A stretch of DNA of 64,000 nucleotides, from NCBI GenBank assembly GCA_040755995.1, contig JBFMAF010000037.1:256001-320000 (forward strand), given 5' to 3'. The DNA comes from Acidobacteriota bacterium (lineage in GTDB: Bacteria > Acidobacteriota > CAIWXX01). Below the pieces are notes generated by a model. It did not search any database. It saw only the letters and a list, made by a program, of their open reading frames with translations, and was not told the origin of the DNA. This document shows, piece by piece, positions 1 through 13,400 of the stretch (positions are counted from its first letter, which is position 1; every line of letters starts with the position of its first letter). The position numbers and the translations under genes were made by a program.

Positions 1-1
1 C

Positions 2-4112
<4,111 letters not shown>

Positions 4113-4138
<26 letters not shown>

Positions 4139-4724
4139 CGCCACCTCCCGCAGGATGCTGCAGCTCCTTCTGGAGAAGTGGGACTACGAAGTGATCGTGA
4201 CCTCCGATGGGAACCGGGCCTGGGAGGCACTCGGCCAGCCCAACCCGCCCCGGCTCGCGATCCTGGACTGGATGATGCCCGGTCAGGACGGGATCGAGGT
4301 TATCCGGCGAATACGGCAGTCTCCGGCCATGGACCCGCCGTATATCATCTTGCTGACGGCGCGCGGTGCCAAGGGCGACGTCGTAGCCGGTCTGGAAGCG
4401 GGTGCCAATGACTACCTGGGCAAGCCGTTCGACAGCGAGGAGCTGCGTGCGCGGATTCGAGTCGGAGAGCGCATGCTGGCACTCCAATCCGCCCTTGCCG
4501 AACGCATACTCCAGCTCGAAAACGCGATCTCTCACGTGAAGACGCTCCAGGGCGTGCTGCCGATCTGCTCGCACTGCCACCGGATCCGCACCGACGAACA
4601 GAGCTGGACACGCATAGAGAAGTACCTCACCGAGCACACCGACGCCAGGCTCAGCCACGGCATCTGCCCGAGCTGCCTCGAGAAGTACTACTCGGATTGG
4701 GGCGAGCCTCTCGATACTGCCTGA
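4113..4724 (+). CDS. Response regulator: REC plus C-terminal Cys/His domain (LPICxxC...SHGICPxC)
   Basis: MKVLIAEDD...LAILDWMMPG...GANDYLGKPF. ATG at 4113 overlaps the end of the upstream kinase. Confidence 0.93.
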
Positions 4725-4959
4725 TGCCGCGCCGGCGCTCGACGCGCGGCCGGCACTCTGCCGTTCTCGCTCACCCATCGGGCCGACGCGGCGACGCGGA
4801 GACACGGCCACGCGGTGATCGGACCGGAGCGGATTCTACCCCCAGCCGCGTAGAGCCAGCTCTCCGCGCTCACCGTGCGGCTCGGCGAGGACGGCTCGCA
4901 CACTCCCCCGAGGCCGAAACCCAAACCCAGCCTCGTGAGTTGTCGGGTACACTACCGTC

Positions 4960-4968
4960 TGCTATCAT
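4960..4968 (+). promoter_or_regulatory. Putative extended -10 (TGcTATCAT)
   Basis: TGn plus TAnnnT hexamer. It overlaps ATG 4967, which favours ATG 5012 as the start. Confidence 0.35.
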
Positions 4969-5011
4969 GACCGCAGGACAAGCGGAAGACCCGGTCCTCC
5001 GAGAAACCTTG

Positions 5012-7576
5012 ATGCCAGAAGAGTCGATCTCCTCGGCTGTGGGCGCCGGCGATACTGACCTGGATACGTTGCTTCGGCGTGTGGCCAAGGCGTGCGCGCT
5101 GAGTGCCTGCATCATCGCCTTCGCCGTGCTCGCGGCCTGGGCCGCGGGGCACTGGTCACTGACCGCCTTCGGCGAGGGCTACATCCCGATGGCGCCGAGC
5201 ACCGCGATTCTTTTCGTCATGCTGAGCAGCGCGATGTGCCTGCCTGACAGCAGATCCGCTACTGCCTCTGTCTGGCGGAGCCTCGCGGTTTCTCTCGCGG
5301 TGCTCGCCAGCGCCGCGGTCGTGGCGCAGTACCTGTTGGGCCTCGAGTTCGCTTCTTTCGAGCACTGGCTGGGGAACACGAAAGTAGCGGTTGGGGGCTT
5401 TGAGATCGGCCGGATGTCTCCGCTGACGGCTCTCGCCTTCCTGGCTACAGCGGCAGCCTTCCAGCTGGCGCGGCCTCCCCTCGTCCGCAAGCGCCTGGTA
5501 CCCTATGCTGCCGCCGGACTGGCCGGTATGGTGCTGCTGCTGGCGGTTTTTGTGGTCCTTGGCTATGCCACCGGAGAGCCCATCCTGTATGCCGGACGCA
5601 CAACGCCGATGGCACTCATCACGGGCGTGTCGTTCGGCCTGGTCGCACTGGGGATCCTGGCGAACACGCTACAGGCAATGGGTCTGGCGGAGCACGCCGC
5701 TGCGGACCGGGTCGCGGGCACCGAGTCCCAGCGCCGCTTCGGGACCAGGCTCGTAGGCATCTTCATCCTGTCTCTCATCGCCCTCGGCGGGTCTGCCTTC
5801 TCCTACCTCAGGAAGCAGCAGGTCGCCGTCCGACGGGGCACGCAGGATGAGCTCGAGGCCGTCGCCAACCTGAAGATGAGCCAGATAGTAAGCTGGCGTG
5901 AAGAGAGGCTGGCTGACGCGCGGTTCTTCGCCAGGGCGGAATTCGTCGCGCGAGATGTGCAGGCATTCCTCGCCGACCCGTCGTCGAGTGCTGCGCGTGA
6001 TGCCATCATCGGGTGGCTGACCCTGCTCAAGGCGGGAGACCGCTATGAACGCGTGGCGCTTTTCGACTCCAAGCTCGCAGTGCGTGTTTCTGTCCCGCCG
6101 TGGGATCCACCACCGGGGCCGACCGCGACGAGCTTCGTCGCCGAAGCGCTCAGAAGTACCGATCCGGTCATGACGGATCTGCATCGTGGAGACTCGCCGG
6201 ACGAGGTCCATGTCGACCTTCTATTCCCGGTCTTCCCACTCGATCGCCTCCGCGTGAGCCCGGATTTCGATGTGTCGAAGCTTGGACTGCCGTTGGGCGT
6301 GGTTATGCTGCGGATCGACCCCCGCCGGTTCCTGTTCCCACTCATCCAGTCATGGCCGGGCCCCAGCCCCACAGCCGAGACTCTCCTGGTCAGGCGGGAA
6401 GGCAACCAGGTGGTCTTCCTCACCGAGCTCCGGCATTCCGGCAGCTCCGCGCTCTCGATGCGCTTTCCGGTCGACGCGCCCCGCCTGCCCGCGGCGATGG
6501 CTCTACAGGGGAAGACAGGAGTGACAGAAGGGTTGGACTATCGCGGCGTTCCAGTGACGGCCGCAATGCGGCCGGTGAGAGAAACCCCTTGGTACATTGT
6601 GGCCAAGGTGGACGCTGATGAAGTCTACGCACCGCTGTATGCGCAAGCCTGGACCACCGGCGTCATCGCGGTTGTTCTTGTCCTGGTTCTGACCTCTGGG
6701 GTCGGCCTGGTCTGGCAGCAGCGGGAGTCGCTGTTCCTACGAAGGGAGCTCGCCGCGGAGCGCGCGCGGCTGCGGGCGGAGGAGGCGCTGGGGGAGGAGA
6801 GACGGCGCGTCGAGGAGCAGATAAGACGCTTGAACGCGGAACTCGAGCAACGGGTCGTCGAGCGCACGGCGCAGCTGGAGGCTGCGAACAAGGAGCTCGA
6901 GGCATTCTCTTACTCGATCTCGCATGACCTGCGGGCGCCCCTGCGGCATCTGGACGGCTTCTCGCGCATCCTGGTCGAGGAACACGCGGCGGAGTTGCCG
7001 GCGGATGCGGCGCGCTATCTCGGCATTATCCGCCAGAGCGCCCAGCAGATGGGGAGGCTCATCGACGAGCTGCTCCATTTCTCGCGGCTCAGCCGACAGC
7101 CGCTGGCGCGGCAGGATTCCGACATGCAGGAGATGGTGCAGCAGGTCTGGGATGATCTGCGCGGTGAGAGACAAGAGCGGGGAGTGGAGATCGGGATCGA
7201 GCCGCTCCCCGCGGCCGAGTGCGATCCCGGCCTGATTCGCCAGGTCTGGACCAACCTGCTTTCGAATGCGCTCAAGTTCACGCGGCGCTGCGAGGTTGCG
7301 CGGATCGAGGTCGGCTGGCGTGCTCCCGAGAGCAGCGCCGCGGGCGCGTACTTCGTAAGGGACAATGGGGCGGGCTTCGACATGCGATACGCGGACAAGC
7401 TCTTCGGCGTCTTCCAGCGGCTCCACCGCGCCGAGGACTACGAGGGAACCGGTGTGGGGCTGGCCATCGTGCAGCGGATCATCCATCGCCACGGGGGCCG
7501 CGTGTGGGCGGAGTCGGAGCCCGGGAAGGGCGCAACGTTCTACTTCAGCATCGAAGGAGGTGCCGCCGATGGTTGA
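5012..7576 (+). CDS. Multi-TM sensor histidine kinase (Cache-like sensor region, bacteriophytochrome-like HisKA/HATPase)
   Basis: Several hydrophobic helices; FSYSISHDLRAPLR, NLLSNALKFT, FGVFQRLH, GTGVGLAIV. Start uncertain (4967 or 5012). Confidence 0.92.
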   Translation: MPEESISSAVGAGDTDLDTLLRRVAKACALSACIIAFAVLAAWAAGHWSLTAFGEGYIPMAPSTAILFVMLSSAMCLPDSRSATASVWRSLAVSLAVLASAAVVAQYLLGLEFASFEHWLGNTKVAVGGFEIGRMSPLTALAFLATAAAFQLARPPLVRKRLVPYAAAGLAGMVLLLAVFVVLGYATGEPILYAGRTTPMALITGVSFGLVALGILANTLQAMGLAEHAAADRVAGTESQRRFGTRLVGIFILSLIALGGSAFSYLRKQQVAVRRGTQDELEAVANLKMSQIVSWREERLADARFFARAEFVARDVQAFLADPSSSAARDAIIGWLTLLKAGDRYERVALFDSKLAVRVSVPPWDPPPGPTATSFVAEALRSTDPVMTDLHRGDSPDEVHVDLLFPVFPLDRLRVSPDFDVSKLGLPLGVVMLRIDPRRFLFPLIQSWPGPSPTAETLLVRREGNQVVFLTELRHSGSSALSMRFPVDAPRLPAAMALQGKTGVTEGLDYRGVPVTAAMRPVRETPWYIVAKVDADEVYAPLYAQAWTTGVIAVVLVLVLTSGVGLVWQQRESLFLRRELAAERARLRAEEALGEERRRVEEQIRRLNAELEQRVVERTAQLEAANKELEAFSYSISHDLRAPLRHLDGFSRILVEEHAAELPADAARYLGIIRQSAQQMGRLIDELLHFSRLSRQPLARQDSDMQEMVQQVWDDLRGERQERGVEIGIEPLPAAECDPGLIRQVWTNLLSNALKFTRRCEVARIEVGWRAPESSAAGAYFVRDNGAGFDMRYADKLFGVFQRLHRAEDYEGTGVGLAIVQRIIHRHGGRVWAESEPGKGATFYFSIEGGAADG

Positions 7577-8018
7577 GCAGACGATCGAGATTCTGCTAGT
7601 CGAAGACGACCCGAACGACGTCGAGCTGACTCTTCACGCGTTCAGGAGCCATCATCTGGCGAACCGCATTCAGGTCACCCGCGACGGGGCCGAGGCGATC
7701 GAGTATCTTTTCGGAACGGGGGCGTTCGACGGGCGAAGCGTATCCGATGTCCCGAAGGTGATCCTGCTCGATCTCAAGTTGCCGAAGGTCGACGGTCTGG
7801 AAGTTCTGCGCCGGATCAAGGCCGATCCGCGCACACGGGCGATCCCGGTGGTGGTGCTGAGCTCGTCGCGCGAGGAGCAGGACGTAGCGCGGGCGTATGA
7901 GCTCGGCGTCAACAGCTACATAGTGAAGCCCGTGGACTTCGACAAGTTCACCGAGGCTGTGCGGCAACTGGGGCTCTACTGGCTGTTGTTGAACCAGCCG
8001 CCCCTCAGTGGTGCGTGA
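7569..8018 (+). CDS. Single-domain response regulator (Rcp1-like)
   Basis: GAAGGAGG RBS; ILLVEDDPND...VILLDLKLPKVDG...GVNSYIVKPV. Confidence 0.95.
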   Translation: MVEQTIEILLVEDDPNDVELTLHAFRSHHLANRIQVTRDGAEAIEYLFGTGAFDGRSVSDVPKVILLDLKLPKVDGLEVLRRIKADPRTRAIPVVVLSSSREEQDVARAYELGVNSYIVKPVDFDKFTEAVRQLGLYWLLLNQPPLSGA

Positions 8019-10339
8019 TGGCTGCGCGGCTTCGCGTCCTGATCCTCGAAGATTGCCCGGCTGATGCCGAGCTCATGTTGCATGACCTCCGCGCGGCGGG
8101 GTTCGATCCGGAGTGGCATCGCGTCGACACGGAAGCGGAGTTTGCGGCACGGCTCGACCCGGGCCTCGACGTGATCATCGCCGATTTCAAGCTTCCGCAG
8201 TTCGATGCGATGCGGGCGCTGGAGATCTTGCGTAGCACCGGATACGATGTCCCGCTGATCGTCGTATCCGGCTCGATTGGTGAGGACGTCGCGGTCGAGG
8301 CGATGAAGCGAGGCGCCGCGGACTACGTGCTCAAAGACCGCCGTGGCCGCCTCGCCATGGCCGTGAAGGCGGCAGTCGAGGCCAGGCTCTCGCGATCCGA
8401 GATGCAGAGGGCCGAGGCGGCGCTGCGGCAGAGCGAAGAGAGATACAGGAAGATGTTCGAGAACACGGTGGAGGGTATGTTCCAGAGCACTCCCGACGGG
8501 CGGTGCCTGCAGGTCAACCCGGCGTTTGCGAGGATGTTCGGCTTCGACAGTCCGGAACAGATGATGGCGAGCGTCACCGGTATGGAGCAGCTCTATGCGA
8601 ATGCAGAGGATCGCATACGGATCATGGAGCAGATCGAGAGAGCCGGCCATGTCAGGGAAGTCGAGATAGAGGGCATGCGGCGGGATGGGCAGAGAATCTG
8701 GATCAGCATGAACGCCATCGCAGTCAAGGACGAGACCGGCCGGATCGCCTACTATGAAGGTACCACCGCCGACATCACACAGCGGAAGCGATCCGAGCGA
8801 GTCCTCCGGCTGCAGGCCGCTGCGTTGGCCTCCGCGGCCAACGGCATCGTCATCACCGACCGCGACGGCACAATCGAATGGGTGAATGACGCCTTCACGA
8901 CGATGACGAGGTACTCTTCTCGCGAGGTGCTGGGGCAAAACCCGCGCATACTGAAGTCGGGCGAACATCCGGTCGAGTTCTACCGGGAACTGTGGAACAC
9001 GATCCTGTCAGGCTTCGTGTGGCGAGGGGAAGTTGTCAACCGGCGCAAAGACGGCACGCAGTACGCCGAAGAGATGACGATCACGCCGGTGCGCGCCGGG
9101 GGCGGCAGCGGCGCGATCACTCACTTCGTCGCGGTCAAGGAAGACATCACCCACCGGAAGCGGCTCGAAGACCAGCTCCGCCAGGCGCAGAAGATGGAGA
9201 GCATAGGCAGGCTGGCCGGGGGCGTGGCACATGACTTCAACAACATCCTGACCGTGATCCTGGCAAACACCGGGCTGCTGGAGGACCAGATCGACGCCGG
9301 AGGAGACTCCGCCACGTTGCTCAGGCAGATCACCCTGGCGGCAGAGCGTGCAGCGGGCCTGACCCGCCAGCTGCTCACATTCAGCCGGAAACACCCGCTG
9401 AGGATGCAGAGGCTCAATCTGAACGACACCATCCGTGGGCTTACCAAGATGCTCCACAGAATCATCGGCGAGGACGTGGCGATGGACTGCACCTACGCCG
9501 ACGATCTGCCCGCTATCCGGGCCGACATAGGAATGATTGAACAGGTGCTCATGAATCTCGCCGTCAACGCGCGGGATGCAATGCCGAGGGGCGGCCAGCT
9601 GCGCATGGTCACGGACCTGGTCACGGTCGACGCCGAGCACGTGCGCCGCGAGCCGGCCGCGCGGCCGGGCCAGTTCGTACGCCTGACTGTTGCCGACACC
9701 GGCGGCGGCATCGCGCCGGAGATCCTCCCGTTTGTATTCGAGCCTTTCTTCACCACCAAGGATGTGGGGAAGGGCACCGGGCTCGGCCTGGCGACCGCCT
9801 ACTCCGTCGTACTACAGCATCAGGGGTGGATCGAGCTCGAGAGCGCAGTCGGCAAGGGCACCGCCTTCCGCATATATCTGCCCGCCTTTGAACAGGCTGC
9901 CGAGGAAGCGAAAACAGCCGCCGCAGAGTCAGCACCGGGCGGCGGCCCGGAGGTGATCCTCGTGGTGGAGGATGAGGATATGGTACGGCGATTGACGTGC
10001 ACGAGCCTCCGGCGGCTCGGATACGAGGTGCTCGAGGCTTGTGACGCAGCGGATGCGACGAGGGTGTGGGAGGAGTGCCAGGAACGGATCGAGCTGCTGC
10101 TCACCGACATGGTGATGCCCGGCGGCGTTACGGGACGCGAGCTGGCGGAGCGTCTCCAACAGGCAAAGCCGGGGCTGAGGGTGCTCTTCACGAGCGGCTA
10201 CAGCCCAGGGGCCAGCTATGGGATCGACCTGGAGCCGGGCGTCAATTTCCTCCCCAAGCCGTTCGATCGGAACCGCCTCGCGCGCATAGTCCGCGATTGC
10301 CTCGACAGGGAGAAGGTAGACGACAGACGAAAGACGTAA
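8015..10339 (+). CDS. Hybrid kinase REC-PAS-PAS-HisKA-HATPase-REC
   Basis: GTGA overlap with the upstream stop; [36 protein letters not shown]- and C-terminal receivers. Confidence 0.95.
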   Translation: MMAARLRVLILEDCPADAELMLHDLRAAGFDPEWHRVDTEAEFAARLDPGLDVIIADFKLPQFDAMRALEILRSTGYDVPLIVVSGSIGEDVAVEAMKRGAADYVLKDRRGRLAMAVKAAVEARLSRSEMQRAEAALRQSEERYRKMFENTVEGMFQSTPDGRCLQVNPAFARMFGFDSPEQMMASVTGMEQLYANAEDRIRIMEQIERAGHVREVEIEGMRRDGQRIWISMNAIAVKDETGRIAYYEGTTADITQRKRSERVLRLQAAALASAANGIVITDRDGTIEWVNDAFTTMTRYSSREVLGQNPRILKSGEHPVEFYRELWNTILSGFVWRGEVVNRRKDGTQYAEEMTITPVRAGGGSGAITHFVAVKEDITHRKRLEDQLRQAQKMESIGRLAGGVAHDFNNILTVILANTGLLEDQIDAGGDSATLLRQITLAAERAAGLTRQLLTFSRKHPLRMQRLNLNDTIRGLTKMLHRIIGEDVAMDCTYADDLPAIRADIGMIEQVLMNLAVNARDAMPRGGQLRMVTDLVTVDAEHVRREPAARPGQFVRLTVADTGGGIAPEILPFVFEPFFTTKDVGKGTGLGLATAYSVVLQHQGWIELESAVGKGTAFRIYLPAFEQAAEEAKTAAAESAPGGGPEVILVVEDEDMVRRLTCTSLRRLGYEVLEACDAADATRVWEECQERIELLLTDMVMPGGVTGRELAERLQQAKPGLRVLFTSGYSPGASYGIDLEPGVNFLPKPFDRNRLARIVRDCLDREKVDDRRKT

Positions 10340-10400
10340 GACGTGCGCTGCTGTTCCTCCGTCTTCCGTCTTCCGTCTCCCGTCTCCCGTCTCCCGTCTA
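10318..10400. repeat. Inverted heptamer tandem arrays: (AGACGNN)x4, 13-nt spacer, (CCGTCTN)x6
   Basis: agacgac agacgaa agacgta agacgtg at 10318-10345; ccgtctt x2, ccgtctc x3, ccgtcta at 10359-10400. AGACG and CGTCT are reverse complements. Confidence 0.9.
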
Positions 10401-10460
10401 ACGCCCCGGAGGCAGGCGGCCTCCTGAGCGGGTTGAGGTGCTCAGGTGCGCCGCGGAAAC

Positions 10461-11609
10461 TCAAGGCACCTTGGCGAGCTTCTCGACCACTCTCAGGACC
10501 GTTTTCTTCTCGGCCGGATCGAGGTGGCGATCGGAGGCGAGCAGGAGCGCCGACAGCAGTGTCGACATGGCGTTGGAGACGGCAAGGCGTCGGCCGTCGG
10601 CCGGGTACTCGGCGACGTTCGACAGGATAACGTTGGGATCCAGACGGCCGGATGCGTCAAGCTCGACACCGGCGATCTCCGGCAGTGAGACCGATTCGAG
10701 AACGGCGCGAAGGTGCATTCCAAGGCTGTCAGCGGTCATTCGCTTCTTCATGCAGTCGACCACCATCGACGAGATCTCGTTGAACAGCGACACGCGGTTG
10801 GCAATCACCTCGTAGTCGTCCTCTTCCTGAACCGCCTGGCGGACGAACTTTGTGTCGGGCACGTAAACGTAGCGCGCGAGCACCAGGGTCATCAGCGCGC
10901 GCAGCGCCTCGAATTCCTCCATCCGCCACTGCCGGACGATCTCCTCGACACTCCTCTCCCCATCCACCAGCTCGTAGATCGTCTGCTCGCCATTGGCCAG
11001 CCGGATAGTGTGATCTCGTTGTTCGGCCGGGCACCGCTGCGGGATCGCCTTGTCATCCGGAAGCATCTGCCTGATGCGCGGCCATTCGTCCATGCGCCTC
11101 ACGCCCTCCAGGATGATGTTCCCGGAGGAGACGGCGAGCGTGATCTTCTCGTCGTGCGGATCGCGCGTCTCGTCGAAGTAGAAGGCGCCGTCGTTGAGCG
11201 GGAAGATCGAGTAGATGATATCGAGGACCTGGCTCTGCACAGTGCTCCACAACTCATTGGGCGTCAGCAGCCCCATCGCCACAAGGATCCGCCCCTGACG
11301 TTTCCCCGGCTCGACGCGGCTCCATGCCTCTGCTCTCTGCTGCTCCGAGATCTTGCCCCGCCGCACGAGGAAGCTGCCGAGGTTCTCCATGGGGTCGGAG
11401 GAGCTCGCGAAGATGATCTCGCCTGAGTCGAGATAGATCTTCTTGACGAAGCCGGCGGCATCCACCGTCAGTGCGCCGGTCTTCTTGAGCATGCACAGGA
11501 AGCTGAGCAGGTCCGGTATGCGGATCGCACTCAGGAATCCCTGCAGCACCCGGCCGACCATGTTCTCCCGGGCACTGCGGATCGGGTCCAGGCCTGACTC
11601 TACCGCCAT
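10461..11609 (-). CDS. DUF4388 domain-containing protein
   Basis: LQGFLSAIRIPDLLSFL...KTGALTV...IYLDSGEIIFASS...LGSFLVRRGKIS...NIILEGVRRMDEW pattern. Confidence 0.85.
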   Translation of the reverse strand: MAVESGLDPIRSARENMVGRVLQGFLSAIRIPDLLSFLCMLKKTGALTVDAAGFVKKIYLDSGEIIFASSSDPMENLGSFLVRRGKISEQQRAEAWSRVEPGKRQGRILVAMGLLTPNELWSTVQSQVLDIIYSIFPLNDGAFYFDETRDPHDEKITLAVSSGNIILEGVRRMDEWPRIRQMLPDDKAIPQRCPAEQRDHTIRLANGEQTIYELVDGERSVEEIVRQWRMEEFEALRALMTLVLARYVYVPDTKFVRQAVQEEDDYEVIANRVSLFNEISSMVVDCMKKRMTADSLGMHLRAVLESVSLPEIAGVELDASGRLDPNVILSNVAEYPADGRRLAVSNAMSTLLSALLLASDRHLDPAEKKTVLRVVEKLAKVP

Positions 11610-11733
11610 CGATCCAGCCTACGCGCCCGAGAATTTGTGGCTGGTGAGCCCGCGATCCGATGGGAACGCCACGTGTGCCGCAAGTCGCATTCCTCCTTCC
11701 GCCTCCCAAGCCATCCGCGCGCGGCCCATCCGG

Positions 11734-13155
11734 CTAGCGCTGCCGTGCCTGGCGGCTCGCGTCCGCCTCACGGTCCTCGGCCTGCCCGTGTTTGATTCCG
11801 AACTTTTCCATCTTCTCATAAAGGGTCGAGCGGGATATGCCAAGGCGTTTGGCGGCGAGCTTGACATTGCCGCCCGTGACGGTCAGGACACGCTCGATGT
11901 GAGCCGCCTCGACCTCGTCGAGTGTCGGGACATCGATCATCCCATCTGCGCGGGAATAGAGGAGGTCCTTGGGCATGTGTGCCGTCAGGAGTTGTTCGCC
12001 CTGGCACAGGATCATGGCGCGTTCGATGACGTTGTGGAGCTCGCGAACGTTGCCGGGCCAGGGGTAGCGCTGGAGCATTCTCGCCACGGGTTCGGAGATC
12101 CTGGCGACCCGGCGCCCCAGGGCCGGGTTCAACGTACGAACGAACTGGTAGGCCAGCTCCAGGATGTCCTCCCCCCGCTCGCGCAGCGGCGGCATCTCGA
12201 TCTGGAAGACGTTGAGGCGGTAGTACAGGTCCCTGCGGAAACGGCCCTTTCTGACGAGATCGAGCAGATCGGCGTGGGTGGCCACCACGAACCTCACGTC
12301 GGTCGAGAGATCACGCACGCCACCCAGACGCCGGAAGGTCCTCTCCTCGATCACCTTCAGAAGCTTGCTCTGCGAGGACGCCTCCATCTCGGCCACTTCG
12401 TCCAGAAAGAGCGTGCCCCCGTTGGCCACCTCCAGCAGTCCCGGCTTGCGGACCTTCGCGTCGGTGAAGGCTCCCGGCTCATGGCCGAAGATCTCGGATT
12501 CGACCAGGTTCGCGGGCAGGGCCGCGCAGCTCAGGTTCACGAAAGGCCCGTGCGGGCGCCGAGAGTGGCGATGGATAAGGCGCGCCACCACACCCTTGCC
12601 GGTGCCCGATTCGCCCATGAGCACGACCGACGACTCGGTCGTGGCCACTTGCATGATAAGCCCGCGAACCTTGGACATCTGCGGGCTGGAACCTACTAGC
12701 TCGGTGGTGCCTACGGCATCGGTTCCCGTCCGCGATGCCACCGCAGCTTCGTAAACGGCGGCATGGCGGGCCAGCCGGTGCTTGCGCAGCGCCCTGCGAA
12801 CAGTCTTGCACAGGTTGGCGGGCTCGAATGGTTTCACGACGAAGCCCTCGGCCCCAAGCTTCATTGCCTCGACCACGGTTTCAATGTCACCCATCCCGCT
12901 CACCACAACGACCGCGGCGGTCTCGTCAAGCTGCATCAACCGCGGGAGCACCTCGAGACCTCCGATGTCGGGCAACCCGAGGTCCAGCAGCACCACCTCC
13001 GTGTCGAACCGCCCGAAATGATTCAGCGCCTCTTGACCGGTGCCGACGCTGACGACGTTGTGCCCGTCATTCCGCATCGCGCGCTCGACCACAATGCGCG
13101 CACCCTCGTCATCCTCGACGATCAGAATCTTGCCCGGTGTCTCCGCCCCTTCCAT
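11734..13155 (-). CDS. Sigma54-dependent response regulator (REC-AAA+-Fis HTH)
   Basis: GESGTGKG Walker A, GAFTDA loop, GGTLFLDEV, DLYYRLNVF, WPGNVREL, LGISRSTLYEK. Start MEGAETPGK inferred. Confidence 0.93.
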   Translation of the reverse strand: MEGAETPGKILIVEDDEGARIVVERAMRNDGHNVVSVGTGQEALNHFGRFDTEVVLLDLGLPDIGGLEVLPRLMQLDETAAVVVVSGMGDIETVVEAMKLGAEGFVVKPFEPANLCKTVRRALRKHRLARHAAVYEAAVASRTGTDAVGTTELVGSSPQMSKVRGLIMQVATTESSVVLMGESGTGKGVVARLIHRHSRRPHGPFVNLSCAALPANLVESEIFGHEPGAFTDAKVRKPGLLEVANGGTLFLDEVAEMEASSQSKLLKVIEERTFRRLGGVRDLSTDVRFVVATHADLLDLVRKGRFRRDLYYRLNVFQIEMPPLRERGEDILELAYQFVRTLNPALGRRVARISEPVARMLQRYPWPGNVRELHNVIERAMILCQGEQLLTAHMPKDLLYSRADGMIDVPTLDEVEAAHIERVLTVTGGNVKLAAKRLGISRSTLYEKMEKFGIKHGQAEDREADASRQARQR

Positions 13156-13400
13156 CACCTGCTGTTTCTTAACACACTCCGTGCGGATTTGGAAGGACAC
13201 CCGGCACGCCGGCATCCGGCGGCCGGAAAGGCCAATGCGCGATCGTTCACGAGTGCACAGACGATGCCGCAGGATTGCGTCTTTGCATCATTGGTGTACC
13301 TGAACGGCCCGTTGATGTAAAATCACAAAGGGTTGAGGTGATCTCCATGCAAGTGTCGCTCAACACGGGCGCCTTTGTGCCGCTTGCACAGTAGCAGACC

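Noticed and set aside
13360..13390. Sigma54 -24/-12 promoter upstream of the 13401 kinase
   Set aside because: GG-N10-GC spacing is present but the match to TGGCAC...TTGC is poor.
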